A stretch of DNA of 64,000 bases. Source: Eledone cirrhosa. Lineage: Eukaryota. Below the pieces are notes generated by a model. The model was given only the letters and a program-made list of their open reading frames with translations, was not told where the DNA came from and made no database searches. Both the position numbers and the translations under genes were made by a program. Each line of letters opens with the position of its first letter. Position 1 is the stretch's first letter. The stretch covers positions 376,650,001-376,714,000 of the forward strand of contig OZ024743.1 in NCBI GenBank assembly GCA_964016885.1, in the 5' to 3' direction. Below are positions 1 to 14,974 of this stretch, in pieces.

Positions 1-422
1 CATAAATATCATACATACATCCAGCAATTAATCTCTAATTTATTGTCTCTTTTATTGGACCCTCTACATGTATCTATGTACATCTCGAATCTTGTTTAAC
101 ATGTTAGCACTAAACCCACCAACGAATCCTTATGAGAACACCTACTCAAAAACTACTACTATGTACTTACATGCTCTCACTTATTTATTTATTCATCTCT
201 TTATATTCTCCATTCTCTCATTTTCTTACTTTTGTATGTACCCTATCTTATATTTTACTTTTACTTTTTACATCTGTAACTTCTCTACCTATTTACCATA
301 CATGTTTTATTATTGATGTTATTGTTTAGATTATACGCTGTTTTATTATTGATGTTATTGTTTTAATTATACGCTATTTCTCTATATAAGTCTTGCGTCG
401 AGTGAATTACTTTCATATCTAC

Positions 423-533
423 GTACTCTGATGGGTTGACCATAGGTGAATAATGTATTGGAGATCGAATAACGCAACATCAAGCGATTAGCGAACTCTA
501 GACCCACATGATCAACGAAACAATTGTCAGTAC
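423..533 (+). ncRNA. Type I hammerhead ribozyme motif with long stem II insert (PLE-type)
   Basis: Stem I GTACT/AGTAC; core CTGATGG (A9>G); stem II GTTGACCA...TGATCAAC; GAAA; palindromic stem III A-CAATTG-T; GTC cleavage triplet. AATAAA (538-543) and (TA)n follow. Confidence 0.75.
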
Positions 534-603
534 TTTAAATAAAGCCCTTATTGTACAGCCAACCATGTTAATCTTCATTCTTTAACTATATATATATATA
601 TAT

Positions 604-811
604 AACCCGGGGGGCTGAAAAGTTTCTGACTTAAGGGCATCACGAAAGGGTTAAAACTGTTACCTTTACAGGGAGGTAGGTCCGCTGTAATAAGTGTGTG
701 GATCTGAGTGGGAAATATATTGAATAAAATCATAATTCACTGATTCCCCTGTATTTTTTTTTACTATTATTTTCTTTTACCCAAAGGCGGGAACTTTTCA
801 GCGCCCCGGTA
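604..811 (+). mobile_element. Mariner-family internally deleted DNA transposon (MITE-like)
   Basis: Imperfect ~27-bp TIRs (CCGGGGGGCTGAAAAGTTTCTGACTT / AAGGCGGGAACTTTTCAGCGCCCCGG) with TA at or near both ends. 683-727 encodes RCNKCVDLSGKYIE*, a typical mariner transposase C-terminus. Confidence 0.8.
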
Positions 812-2144
812 GAGAGAGGGGGGAGGGGAGATGGGGAGAGGGGTAGAAAGAGAAATAGACGGAAAGGGAGAAGGAAAGACATGTGGCTAGTCAAAAGAAA
901 ACAATATTTAGGCAGCGGAAGTTTGTAGAAGCGAAATTTTGTTGCAATATTTCTCATGTAAATGTGTATGTTCTTGTGTGTGCGCGTTTGTGTTTATCTG
1001 CATGAGTACATGTGTTAATAGTGTGCTGTGTGCGTATAATGATATATGTATATGTTTTAAGAGGATGTTTTATATACATTGCTCCGAATTGTGTTTACAC
1101 CAAAAAAGGGGATTCAAAACAGACGACAACAGAACTGTATTTAACTGAACAAATTATATTTCGAAAACAAACAAATGTGATTAGTCAATATAACAAGCCT
1201 TCAATAAGTAGGCCCCGGTCAAAAATAATAATAAAATAAACAACATAAAATAAAATAAAATGAAAGGAAAAATCTATGATCGTTTCATGACCACCTGATA
1301 ACTATTTCATAACGAGGTGACAACAAACAAAAGCAGACATTTTCCAAAATGTCTTCCTTGTTAACAAAATGTCTTGGTGTCTTTCTATTTGTATGTATCT
1401 TTACATGAATTGTCCAACTATTTAGAGATTTTCAACTCACAGAATATGATGTCGTTTCATTTGTTTTCACACACATATATGATTCTCGTTATTGTCTACC
1501 TTGCAATCTCAATCTTTTTCTCTTGAATTGAATCTAACTATCGAAATCGGCCACACACTCATGCATACACACACACACACACATACACACACACACACAC
1601 ACACATATATACACACACATGTATATATATATATACATACGCACACACACATATATACATACATACACATATACATACATATATACATATACACAAACAT
1701 ATATATAAACATATACACATACAGACGCACGCACACATATACATACACAAATATGCATACACACACTCACACATATACAGATACATACACACGTATACAC
1801 AGACACACACACATACACACACATATACACACATACGACACTAATAGCTGTATGTCACAGAATTATATTATATTTTTAAACATTTCATCCTCCTTAACAG
1901 GTTCCTATGAAATGTCTCCGACGGATGTCGAATTAATGCTTCTAATACTAACTCAAACAAATATAAAAGCTTTTATCTTCATATATTCCTAGATACACAT
2001 AGTCACAAAGAGACAGATATCTAAGATCTACATACTCACACACACATGCACACACATACACACACACACAAGATTATCAATTTAAACACAAGCTTATCTA
2101 TTCTATATAGATACAACAGACGCACTTATACATTTATAAACATG

Positions 2145-2290
2145 GCTATGAAAGTAAAGAGACCGCTTCGCAACCACGTGCTTTGGGTTCAATTCCACTG
2201 CGGAGCATTTTTTTTTTTTTAATATTGTCCTAGATTGACCAATGAGTTGTGAGTTAAATTTAATAGATGGAAACTGCAAAGACCCATCCT
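2145..2290 (+). mobile_element. Degenerate tRNA-derived SINE (related copies ~8610-8770, 20525-20680 minus, 38440-38600, 62030-62160)
   Basis: B-box-like GGTTCAATTCC and a shared 3' block TTGACCAATG..TTGTGAG...GGAAACTGCAAAGA. Confidence 0.55.
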
Positions 2291-3003
2291 ATATATATAT
2301 ATATAGAGAGAGAGAGAGCGAGAGAGAGAGAGAGAGGGGGAAGGGTTGTATTTATCCCCTGTACAAAATAAATGATCGATTAAATAAGTAACTTACTTGA
2401 AAAAAAATAGTTACTGCGGTCGATATGATCGGGTTTAAGGTGATACCCCAATAAAGAAATACTCTCTCTCTCTCACACACACACACACATCCGTACACAC
2501 ACACACACACACATACACGCACACACGCGCACACACACACACAGACACAAACACACACACACACACACACACAGAGACACGCACAACAATTGTAAAGATT
2601 CGTGAGAAACTGCAGCATGTTTCAATCTAAACAACAACGCCTATCGATTACCTTTGACTAGAAATAAACACATTAACTGTGTATTTTATTCACGGAAGAA
2701 ATGGGATGTTGTGACATTGATGCCTATCCCAATAGGCATATTACCATGAAGTCATTGGATATAAGACTAAATGACCGATTTACCTCTCATACATGGTAGT
2801 AAAATCTCTCTCAATACATTCGTCTCATAACAGCGTTGCAGCTACGCCACCTTGGATAATGTTGATTTAGATCCTGTTCTTCAAAATTATTTGATGGAAA
2901 TGTAAAAGGCGCCGTCATAACATACGGAAGTTGGTAGGTATGTTGTTGAAATCTGGCAGAGCTCATCTTTCTCCTGGTTTGAACAGAACACAGTCAAGTG
3001 AGC

Positions 3004-3078
<75 letters not shown>

Positions 3079-3098
3079 GTAGATAGATAGATAGATAT

Positions 3099-4411
3099 GT
3101 TTCTTTTATTTGCCACTAGGGCATCAAAAGTGGGACAAGTACAAAGGGGGGAGTTTACACAAAAAGGCGTCCTCAATAAGGAGGAGGCAATAACAAAATA
3201 TAAAAATAAAATAAGATATAACAAAAAATAAAATTTTTAACAAAATCCTCAATAGAGAGGAGGCGCCTTGGGGGGTCGCACACACCCCCGAAAAAAGTGT
3301 GCAACCCTTTTCCTCAGGAGCACAGAGAGGGGGTGCTCCCTCGTTCCTTCCTCTTTTCCACCTACAGTCTTATGTAAAGAGAAGGCCCATTCACACGGGC
3401 CATTCTCGCCACTTTCACCCACCTTTCATAAAAACGACTGGGGTGCAGCACCTCTCTCTCCATCCTGATCCTTCTTCCGAAATGATATCGGAAGAAACGG
3501 ACCAGTTGTTGGCCAGAGAGAAAGGTGCCTGACCTCAGTCCTTTCAGACGCGTCCACCATACAACCTCTTTCGCCATGGCTATTACGCACAGAAACACCG
3601 CCTCTGCTTCATCTTTGAAGGGGGGAGGCGGCTTGATCATTACAATAGACTCGGTGGTCAACCGGATCGGTCCCACCCTTGACAGCAGTTGTTCGACATA
3701 GCCCCACAGATCGGCTACGCCCGAGCAGTGTACCAATGCGTGTGCAACGGTTTCCTCGTCGCACACGCATCTGGGACAGATCTTTTTGGCGGGGTCCCTA
3801 CCCGGGCGCCCGTGTCTGTAGAGCCTTTCTCGAACGGGTAAAGCCCCTCGGTAGCACTGCCAGGCCAGGGACTTCTGGAAGTTGTCCATAGGTCCCGGGC
3901 TGAATGTCCTACCGAACAGGCTGGCCAGTTCGTCCTCCTCCATGCCTAGGGCTTCTCCGAGGGCGTCGTCGCACCTGCTGCGTACCAGCCCTCTATAGAA
4001 TGTTGCGGTGGAGTCTCCACTGATAACCGGATCCGCCTGCCAGAGGGCGGTGAGCGCCTGGGCACACTCAGTGTGCCAGGCGCCCAGTTTTCTCGGTCTT
4101 TGCTTGACCCAGGATTGCAGCTCGGTGAGTGAGACGAGTCTGGGAAAGGTTCGTCTCACAAACGAGGCCCACACCGGTTGTCCGGTGAGGAATACGTAGA
4201 GGTGCCGTAGCCTTAATGCGTGTTTACGCATCATTAGCCACGGCATCCCCAGCCCTCCTTTCGAAGGGTGTTGACAGCAGATGGATCTCCTCACCATAGG
4301 AGCCCGCCTCTTCCAAAGGAATTGGAAGAGCGCGCGCTCCATCTTGGTGAGGGTTTCCCTTGGGCAGGGCACTACGGTCAGGCGGTAGTAGATGACGGCC
4401 GCTATATAAGT
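3099..4411 (-). mobile_element. 5'-truncated Tx1/L1-clade non-LTR retrotransposon inserted in a (GATA)n tract
   Basis: Open frame to stop at 3362; ~260-nt 3'UTR with AATAAA just before the (TATC)n tract; GATA repeats on both sides (3004-3097, 4412-4479); high GC relative to flanks. Confidence 0.9.
3362..4411 (-). pseudogene. C-terminal part of Tx1/L1 ORF2 (post-RT region plus zf-RVT CCHC zinc finger)
   Basis: LFQFLWKRRAPMVRRSICCQHPSKGGLGMP, WQCYRGALPVRERL and CPRCVCDEETVAHALVHC are L1/Tx1 ORF2 motifs. The N-terminal ~65 aa of the listed ORF are microsatellite read-through. Confidence 0.88.
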
Positions 4412-4430
4412 GATAGATAGATAGATAGAG

Positions 4431-4480
<50 letters not shown>

Positions 4481-4508
4481 GGAGAGAGGGAGAGCAAGAG
4501 AGAGAGGC

Positions 4509-4569
<61 letters not shown>

Positions 4570-4609
4570 CGAAGAGAGAGAAAGTGTGAGAAACTAAGAG
4601 ACAAGACAC

Positions 4610-4752
4610 GACCCATGTACTGGACTTGTACCTGAATTAACGACCCAGAAAGAATGAAAGGCAAAATTGACTTCAGTGAGATTTGAACGCAGACCACAGA
4701 GAGTCGGAATGAATAACTCAAAGCATTCTATTCAACGTCCCTAACAATTCTA
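4610..4752 (-). mobile_element. Degenerate Nin/Deu-domain tRNA SINE
   Basis: Similar to the 35987-36176 family (GAATGAAAGGCAAAATTGAC...GATTTGAAC). Confidence 0.6.
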
Positions 4753-4837
4753 GCTATTCGCTCGCGGCGTCCTAGACATTCTGGAGCTCCTTTGACAATG
4801 GGTATGCCTGGATTATGGCAATGACATGGGGCGTCGA

Positions 4838-5105
4838 ACATCAGCATCATCATCATCAACATCATCGTCATCAGTGTCATCATCATCATCAACATCATCA
4901 TTGTCATCATCACCACTATCATCATCATCATCTTCATCATCACCGCCATCATCATCATCATCATCATCATCATCACCATCATCATCATCACCATCATCAT
5001 CATCACCATCACCAACATCATCATTATCATCATTATTATCATCATCATCACCATCACCAACGTCATCATCATCATCGTCGTCAGCATTATCATCTCCACC
5101 ATCGC

Positions 5106-5158
<53 letters not shown>

Positions 5159-5185
5159 ACACTATCAACAACAACAACACTAACA
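4838..5185. repeat. (CAT)n imperfect microsatellite
   Basis: Direct reading. Confidence 0.95.
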
Positions 5186-5592
5186 ACATAAATGCGTTGG
5201 AATGGTTTAATCTGGAAATCGTAAAGGCTTACTGTTTGTTTAGTTGTTTTTTTCATTATTTATTGATATATTTATGTTTGTTTGTTTGTTTGTTTGCAAT
5301 AGGGAACGGCACAACATATTAAAAGGTGACGATAAATCTGTTGTGAATGTCTTAGATTATTCCACTTGTCTGGTGCTGTCAATCAAGTCTTTAAATATCA
5401 ACCATTTACGTGGCTTAGGTCAGCTTAGATGACTAAGGGTTCAAATAGCGAGGGAAAAAAAACATTGGGTTATTATTGTTATTGTTGTTGTTATTGTCGC
5501 TGTTGTTGTTGTTGTTGTTGTTGTTGTTTTACTTGAAGTGGGGCGAGGAACTATGTGACAATTGTGTTATATCATGCTGATGTAGCAGTATA

Positions 5593-5666
<74 letters not shown>

Positions 5667-5718
5667 TATATATAGCGGCGATGAATATATATATATATGT
5701 ATATGTATGTATATATAC

Positions 5719-5787
<69 letters not shown>

Positions 5788-5919
5788 TGTGTGTGTGTAT
5801 ACACAGAGAGAGTGAGATGGAGGGGGAGAGAAGGAGAGAGCTACATATAAAAATGTATTCATACATATAATTTTTGTGTGTAAGTATATATATAAATATG
5901 TTATATGCATGCAAATATG

Positions 5920-6006
<87 letters not shown>

Positions 6007-6013
6007 AAATATA

Positions 6014-6045
<32 letters not shown>

Positions 6046-6048
<3 letters not shown>

Positions 6049-6052
6049 TTCC

Positions 6053-6142
<90 letters not shown>

Positions 6143-6228
6143 ATATGGGTGAGAAGAATACTGCTGGTTGCACATGGATAACATGTTATAAAATGAGTCC
6201 CTCATCAGTGATTTACCAAACGATCATG

Positions 6229-6267
<39 letters not shown>

Positions 6268-6269
6268 CC

Positions 6270-6307
<38 letters not shown>

Positions 6308-6309
6308 CC

Positions 6310-6351
<42 letters not shown>

Positions 6352-6353
6352 CC

Positions 6354-6405
<52 letters not shown>

Positions 6406-6469
6406 CCGTTTATATATATATATATATATATATATATTTCCGTTTATATATATATATATATATATTTCC

Positions 6470-6503
<34 letters not shown>

Positions 6504-6508
6504 CCGTT

Positions 6509-6510
<2 letters not shown>
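6046..6510. repeat. Compound repeat: (TA)n tracts punctuated by TTTCCGTTT (8 copies)
   Basis: Spacer at ~6047, 6265, 6305, 6348, 6403, 6436, 6465, 6501. Confidence 0.9.
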
Positions 6511-6541
<31 letters not shown>

Positions 6542-6995
6542 TATCGAGAATCGGAACTTCGGCCCACGAAGTAACGAAACACAATCTTCGAAATGTATGG
6601 CAAAATGCTCAATAGTTCGGATAAACCAGAGCCATAACTAACGTTTAATACCAACACACTGAGACGATGCTTAAACAATCATTCGCACAGCCAAAAATAC
6701 GACCAAGAAAATTTCGGGTCAGACAAATAAAAATATATATGAATGAAAAATGAAAAATGATATATATACAGATTAGAGCAAACATCACGGACGCTCTATC
6801 TCAAAATTATTTTTGAAAAGCATTAGAAATGCGCAACCGGTAAAAACTTAAAACTAAAACTGAATACTAACCAATACTTATTACTAATTTATACTTATTC
6901 CTAATTAAACTATTTTTCACTGGGAAAAATTTGTCAGCATTTTCTTTTCCTTTCTACTAATATATCACAACTCATGTGTTACACCTCTATTTTTT

Positions 6996-7048
<53 letters not shown>

Positions 7049-7117
7049 TGTTATACTTTGGGAGCGTCATGTTGCCAATAAAAACACACGGTCTGCATAT
7101 CGCCAACTTCTTGAAAT

Positions 7118-7196
7118 ACTGTCTGGTGATGAGGAGTTAAACACATGTTATCCGTGCGTAAGTATTGTCTGATGCATCTGAAATGTACATAACAGT
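7118..7196 (+). ncRNA. Degenerate type I hammerhead motif
   Basis: ACTGT-CTGGTGA...GAAA-TGTACA-TA-ACAGT: stem I, palindromic stem III; stem II decayed. Related CTGATGA half-motifs at ~6150-6215 (-) and ~49978-50000 (+). Confidence 0.55.
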
Positions 7197-7343
7197 GGTT
7201 ATTTAGTAAACTGAAGTATGGAAAAGTAGGGATCTATCTTCATAATTATTACCACGCACAGACACACTGACATATGTGTGTATATATATATATATTTATA
7301 TAAATATATATATCTATATTCATTTTAAGATTAAATAGTGAAT

Positions 7344-7391
7344 CTTGGTACTCTGGAGATTCGCCTGTTTAACATACGCTCATCAGACAAG
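7344..7391 (-). ncRNA. Degenerate type I hammerhead motif
   Basis: Minus strand CTTGT-CTGATGA-GCG...GGC-GAAT-CTCCAGAG-TA-CCAAG; GAAA mutated to GAAT. Confidence 0.55.
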
Positions 7392-7394
7392 AAC

Positions 7395-7474
<80 letters not shown>

Positions 7475-7613
7475 ACACAAACATCTGAACCTAGCCATAC
7501 AGAAGTAGGGAGAGTTTAATAATATCCCTATATGTTTCATATTTTTTATTTCACACTATTCGAATATTGGTTTGTTTTTGAAGTAATAATCTATATGTTA
7601 ATAAACGTTACTG

Positions 7614-7856
<243 letters not shown>

Positions 7857-8103
7857 TGTATGTATATATATATGTATATATATATTGTATATATATATAC
7901 ACACACTGAGATGATAAAAGAACTCGCCCCTCTTAGGAGCTAATAAAATTTTTCCAATATATTTTCCTTAGAACTAGACAATGGACAATTATTATTCCTT
8001 TCTTCAATACCTGAACTGTTAACAATTGTCTAACTTTGTCTAACGATTATATTGTTATACGCACTTCATTTTACAAACTACTATTGCTCCACAGACTTCA
8101 TTA

Positions 8104-8227
<124 letters not shown>

Positions 8228-8284
8228 TATATATACACATATATATATATATGTGTGTGTATATATGTGTGTGTGTGTATACAT

Positions 8285-8319
<35 letters not shown>

Positions 8320-8335
8320 CTACATGTGTATATAT

Positions 8336-8475
<140 letters not shown>

Positions 8476-9369
8476 TTGGTACCGGTCTATACACTATATT
8501 ATATATTATACTGTCTGTTACTTTATAAACTGCATTATAGAGACTATTGTTGCTTCATTGCATGTAAATTACGCCGCAGTGCCACCCTCTAAACAATAAC
8601 CTATGTAAAATGGCTACAGTGTTGTTTATAAGGTTAAGGAGTTCAATTCGCATCCATGTGGTTTTGGTTCAATCTCACACCGTGGCACGTTGTGTAAGTG
8701 TCTGCTACAATAGCCTTGGGTTGACAAATGACTTGGGAGAGAAATTTTGTTGGTAGAAACTGCAAAAGAATTTGCGAACAGCAGCTAGTATCAACAACAG
8801 AAAAAAAGTCCAATGGATACATAATTTTCTGGATCCAATCTGACGATCGTCTCTTTTACCTTGTCTTTCTTTTAACATTATACATTTGAATTGTGATTTT
8901 TAAAATTAGGTTCATCCTGATGGCGTCGGAGAAGCGCCATCACGACATACAACGTGTCTCAGGCACTTTAAATCTGGAAGACAGCTAAATTCTCCTTGAT
9001 GTAGAAAGAGAGAGAGAGAAAAAAAAGTGGGAAAGAGATGTAGAGGAAGAATTTCTCCCCAGTACTAGACTGGTATGTTCTTATCGAACTCGAAAGGATG
9101 AAAGTCAAATATGACCTTAGTGTGATTTGAACACATCCAAATTTTTTATTATGTTCAAAATTATTTTAAAATCACAGGCAGCGTTTTTCATGAGAAATAT
9201 GGTTATGAAAGTGTTTAAGCAACGTACTATATCTACCCAGCGGAGAGAGAAATTGACAATTTCAGAGTGGCTTTGACAGGATACAAAGAATTGAACTCTC
9301 TGTTGGTTGTATCCTACACTATCCAGTATATCGTGCAATACATGTCTCATAAACTCTTTAAATAACATT

Positions 9370-9582
9370 GGTTTCTGATTTAGGCACAAGGCCAACAATT
9401 TTGAGGAGAGAAAATTCGACTAAATCGATCCCAGTGTATTACTGATACTTTATTTTATCGACCCCCGTAAAGATGAAAGGGAAAACTAACCTGGGCAGGA
9501 TTTGAACTCAGAACCAAAAGGGCCGTAACTCTATGCCATAAAGCATGTTCTCCTACGCTCCTCCGATACTGCCAAACCACCA
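9370..9582 (-). mobile_element. Nin/Deu-domain tRNA SINE
   Basis: Matches 35987-36176 family. Confidence 0.8.
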
Positions 9583-9749
9583 CTCTTTAAATAATATTAA
9601 AGTCCAAATAATCATATATATTGTTAAAGTTAAATATATTTATTGATCTGTTGACAATTTAGACATCGACTTATTTACATCTCCCTAATTATACCAATTA
9701 CGTTGTGTTGATTTAATAACTGGGTCTGGTTGCTTTTGGGCGTTATCTA

Positions 9750-9828
<79 letters not shown>

Positions 9829-9950
9829 ATGTGTGTATATATATGTATATATATATATATACAATGAAATATATGTATATATATATATGTATGTGTGTGT
9901 CTGTCTCTATATGACTTTCTATCAATTTATCTTTTTCTTTCTCTCTCCTG

Positions 9951-10084
<134 letters not shown>

Positions 10085-10376
10085 ACGTGTGTGTGTGCGT
10101 ACCCTGTAGTATAGCAGTTTGACAACCAGATTGATACAATACGTTCTTGTGGCGATATGGGCAACTAAAATCCTATCAAAGCGCTGCTCCAGCATGGCCA
10201 CAGTCTAATGAATGAAATCACAAAAAGAATAAAACAATAAAAGGACATATTATGGTGTGGACATCGAAACATTGTTAGTGTCTCAACTCAACGACATGTA
10301 TGGGTTGGTGAATGGGTGCCAGCGGTTAGACTTAATTTAAAGAATATATTCTCTCTCACTCCCTCAGTCTCTCTCG

Positions 10377-10408
<32 letters not shown>

Positions 10409-11415
10409 CTCCCAGCCCCCCCCCCCCCCCCCCCCGTATCACTCTCCCTCTCGTACACACATACACAAACACACACAAAACACACGCCGGATATAGTCAG
10501 TTCAATTAACAACTGTATATTATAGACTTGTGAGAATCGCGCGAGAATATCCGATTAAATGCTTTGCGGTATTTATACAAATTTCGCTAAGGTGAACTTT
10601 AACTTTCATCTTTTCGGGGTCGATAAATCACGTACAAATCCAGGAGCAGTGCAGTTGGTGTATAACTGTTAGGGCGTCGGGCGACATGTTTTGCAGAATT
10701 TGTTCTGGGCGTTAAGTTCAAATTACACACCCAATCCAAGCCGCCTTTAACTAGGATAAGTAGCTAAAAATGTAAATCTCAAACGAGAGGCACTTGGCTC
10801 CTAGAGGAAGAAGTTTATCTATGGTACGAATTGGGGAGGAATACAAACTGGGATTGAATAATGTATATTGTGTATATATCAAATGAAAGGGGCGGAGATC
10901 AGGAATTAACAGTTAAAAAAAAAAAAAAGATTCCTGTTTCAGACTTAACCCTGATCAGGAATTGGGATTATACTAGGATCGGGTGAAATGAATTTCTAGA
11001 TGACAAAATGGGGAGGAATTGAGAAAACCTAGGATCGTAAGAATATGACTAGGACATGCGTCTCTGAGAACAATTACAGAGATTCGAAAAGTTTGCTCCA
11101 GTTAATATGTTGTTCGAGTGAAAAGTTTCTAGAAGGTTCTTCAAAATGGGGAGACAATTGAGAAAACTTATGATTGTAAGGGAAAGGATTGTAACATGAG
11201 CCTCTAAAAAAAAAAGCCTTTGGTGAAATCCAACATCATCGCTGAAGGTTTTCTGGCCAGAGATTTTGGGGTGAGCATAATTTGTGGATTATAGTGAAAA
11301 CATAAACATTGTATGTGTGGTGTGGTAAATAAATATATACATATACACCAGGTCCCAGCACAATGGAACCAAACCCTCACTGTCATTGCCGCAGTCTCTC
11401 CCGCTCTCATAATAG

Positions 11416-11609
11416 CAGACCTGTCAGCGCTCCCCGTCCGGCGGGGAGATCTCCCACCCACTTTGTGGTGGGTGTGAGATGTCTACTCTTGTGAAAATGA
11501 GTATAGCTTTCATTATGTTAAATCTCCACATTTTCCCTAATTTTCCCCCGTTTTGGGGCAATTTTTTTCATAGTACTCCCCGTTTCGGTTTTAGAGGTTG
11601 ACAGTTCTG
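11416..11609. mobile_element. Possible hAT-like MITE
   Basis: Terminal inverted repeats CAGACCTGTCAGC / GTTGACAGTTCTG; no clear TSD. Confidence 0.35.
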
Positions 11610-12125
11610 AACTAGTGAGAGTTGGGGAGAGCTGGAAGGACAGAGACAATGAGAGTTACTAAAGGTTCATCCTGTAGTGTTACAGAAATACGTTGTTTGG
11701 CATTTGAACTGACAACGTAAAAATCAACAGAAAATCCATGTTATGTATGATGAGAAACGATATAAAAACTGGTTGAATCCGGTTACGATGAGTACTGTTT
11801 TATTGATATATGTCATTATTCATCTGATCAATCTACTAAAAAGACGAGAATTAATTAAAAACATATGAAGAAGTGATCTAATTAGTTTTCTTTAATGTTG
11901 CCTATAGTTATTCAGGTCTATCTTTCATTGAATTCCATATTTAAATTGTCTTGTTTAGCATCTCAACAACAAGCCACCATCAATTACAAATATTCCCTCT
12001 TGTTCCCTCTCATCGACGTCTATCTGAGGGAAAACTATAGAAATTTATATTTTACATAATCAATGGATTCATAATGACAACAACTTCTCTTCTTTCCATT
12101 CTCTTTTCTTATGTACATACATTCA

Positions 12126-12199
<74 letters not shown>

Positions 12200-12312
12200 G
12201 TGTGTGTGTATATATGTAAATATATATATTTATATATATACATATACATATATATATATATTTATATATATACATATATATATATATTTATATATATACA
12301 TACACACACATA

Positions 12313-12607
<295 letters not shown>

Positions 12608-14442
12608 GTGTTTCTTTGTGAAAAGAGACAGAGAGAGCCATCCATTGTTTAAATGTGAATTGTTAACTTTTATATGTGAATGTCTTGACGGCCACGTTGT
12701 GTGGAGTGGCTGGTTGATCCTGTGTGTGTACAAACAGACTGATTGATGAACACAAGTGAAAGGAAGATTGTGTAAGAATCATTTGAAATGAAAGCATTAA
12801 GATATTTATTGTGTTATATAACTGTTAATTGTTTGAAAGAAATAATAGAATATGGCAAAGGGGATATATAAACTATTTCCTCACAGAAATTAGATTCAAA
12901 TTGGAATATTTTTAACTCTAAAGAAATTTCTATTATTCAATCTTTTAAACATTTAGTGAATTTTATTCCGATTTAGAATGGATTTGAATTATTCATTCTT
13001 TTATTTTTCTGCGCATTTTATTTACATCCTTTGCTAGACTGAGACTGTAATTGATAGAGTAAGAGGAAGAAAGAGATTGCGAGGGATAGTAAGAAGGAGG
13101 GAGAGGAGAAAGAAAGAGATAGTGAGCGATAGTGAGAAGGAGAGGGAGAAGAAAGACTGAGGAGAGGGGGGAAATAGTGAGGGAGCGAGAAAGAGATAAA
13201 TAGAGAAAAAGAGGGAGAGAAAAGTGAAAAGAGAAAGAGAAAAGTGAGAAATAGATAACATAGAGAGAGAGGGAGAGGAGAGAGAAAGGTGAGAAATAGA
13301 TAACATAGTGAGAGATAGGCAGTGAGTGAGTGAGAGAGAGAAGAGAGAAAAATACATAACTTAGAGAGAGAGAAGAGAGAGAAAAGTGAGAAATAGATAA
13401 CATAGAGAGACAGGGAGAAAGAGAGAGAAAAAGAGTGAGTGAATGAGAGAGAGTAAAAAATGAGAAATAAATAACAGAGAGAGAAATATATATGGAGAGA
13501 AAGAGAGTGAATGAGAGGGAACAATGATGAGAGAAAAGTTTTGGGATTTAAAAAAAAAAATAATAACATCAGTAAATCGATAATTGAGAGGTTTCAATAA
13601 AAGAGAAGAATAAAAACATAAAAAACATAAAAACGTAAAAACGAAAAAAAACCCCAAAACTAAACAAAACAAAACTTAACAAAAAACACACTCACAAAAA
13701 AATGAAATAAAATGAACTGAACGAACAAAGAAGACGCAAAAAAAAATATTTGAATGTTTGAATATTGAAAAACAATGACAGACGGTTGTTGTTGATCTTT
13801 CGTGGGCGAACAAGAAGTGGTGAAGGGCAAACGGGTAACGGGGAAAGGGCATGTTCTTTTCTTTGGTGAGAGGAAATAGAAGAGAAGGCCAGAAATTAAA
13901 GAAAAATTATAAAATACATACACACACACACATATATACGTACACACACACCCACCCTAGAAATGTAAATTTAAAGAAAAATCTCATACACATACACACA
14001 TATATACATACATATATATATACATACATACATGCATACATACATAAACGAACATGTACATATACATATATACATACATACATACATACATACATACATA
14101 CATACATACATACATACATACGTACATAAACACACATATATATATACATACATTCATACATACGCATACATACAAACATAAATACATACATGTATGTATG
14201 CATGAACACACATATACACATATACACACATACACACATACACAAACTCACACACATATACATACACACATACATACGTACACATACATGAACACTCACA
14301 CACATACACATACATACGTATATATGCACACAAACATACATACATTCATACGCACAAATACATAGTACACATACACACACATACATACGTACACATACAT
14401 ACATACACACACATACGTATATACATACACACACATACACAC

Positions 14443-14473
<31 letters not shown>

Positions 14474-14974
14474 TATATACATACGTACACATACATACAT
14501 ACACACACATACGTATATACATACACACACATACACACATATACACACACACACACACATATATACATGGCAAAGAAAAGAAAATCTCCACCAATTCCAC
14601 TTAATTCCCTTAGATCTCAGCCAATATGTTGTTACCTTACTCTATATATTTGGAGCCATGACAAGTGGGCAGGTGCATACAAACAACATTGCTCTGTTTC
14701 CTGGAAATTTTTTCTTCGCCATTCTTTGTTCTTCGTCCTTTCATATTTATTTTCATCTTTTTTCTTTATTTTTCTTTATTGCTTGCCATGTTATTTTTTT
14801 TTTATTTATTATTCTTTATTTCTTCTTTACTCCAATCTTGCATTTTTTGTTTTTATTTCTTTTATTTGAAAATTTCTTCATTTTCTTCATCTTCTCTTCG
14901 TAAATCTGTAGGCATGACTTCATCATACTCCATTCTGTTTTAGCTAACTATCTCATGTTTTATTTCTGGTTCTA

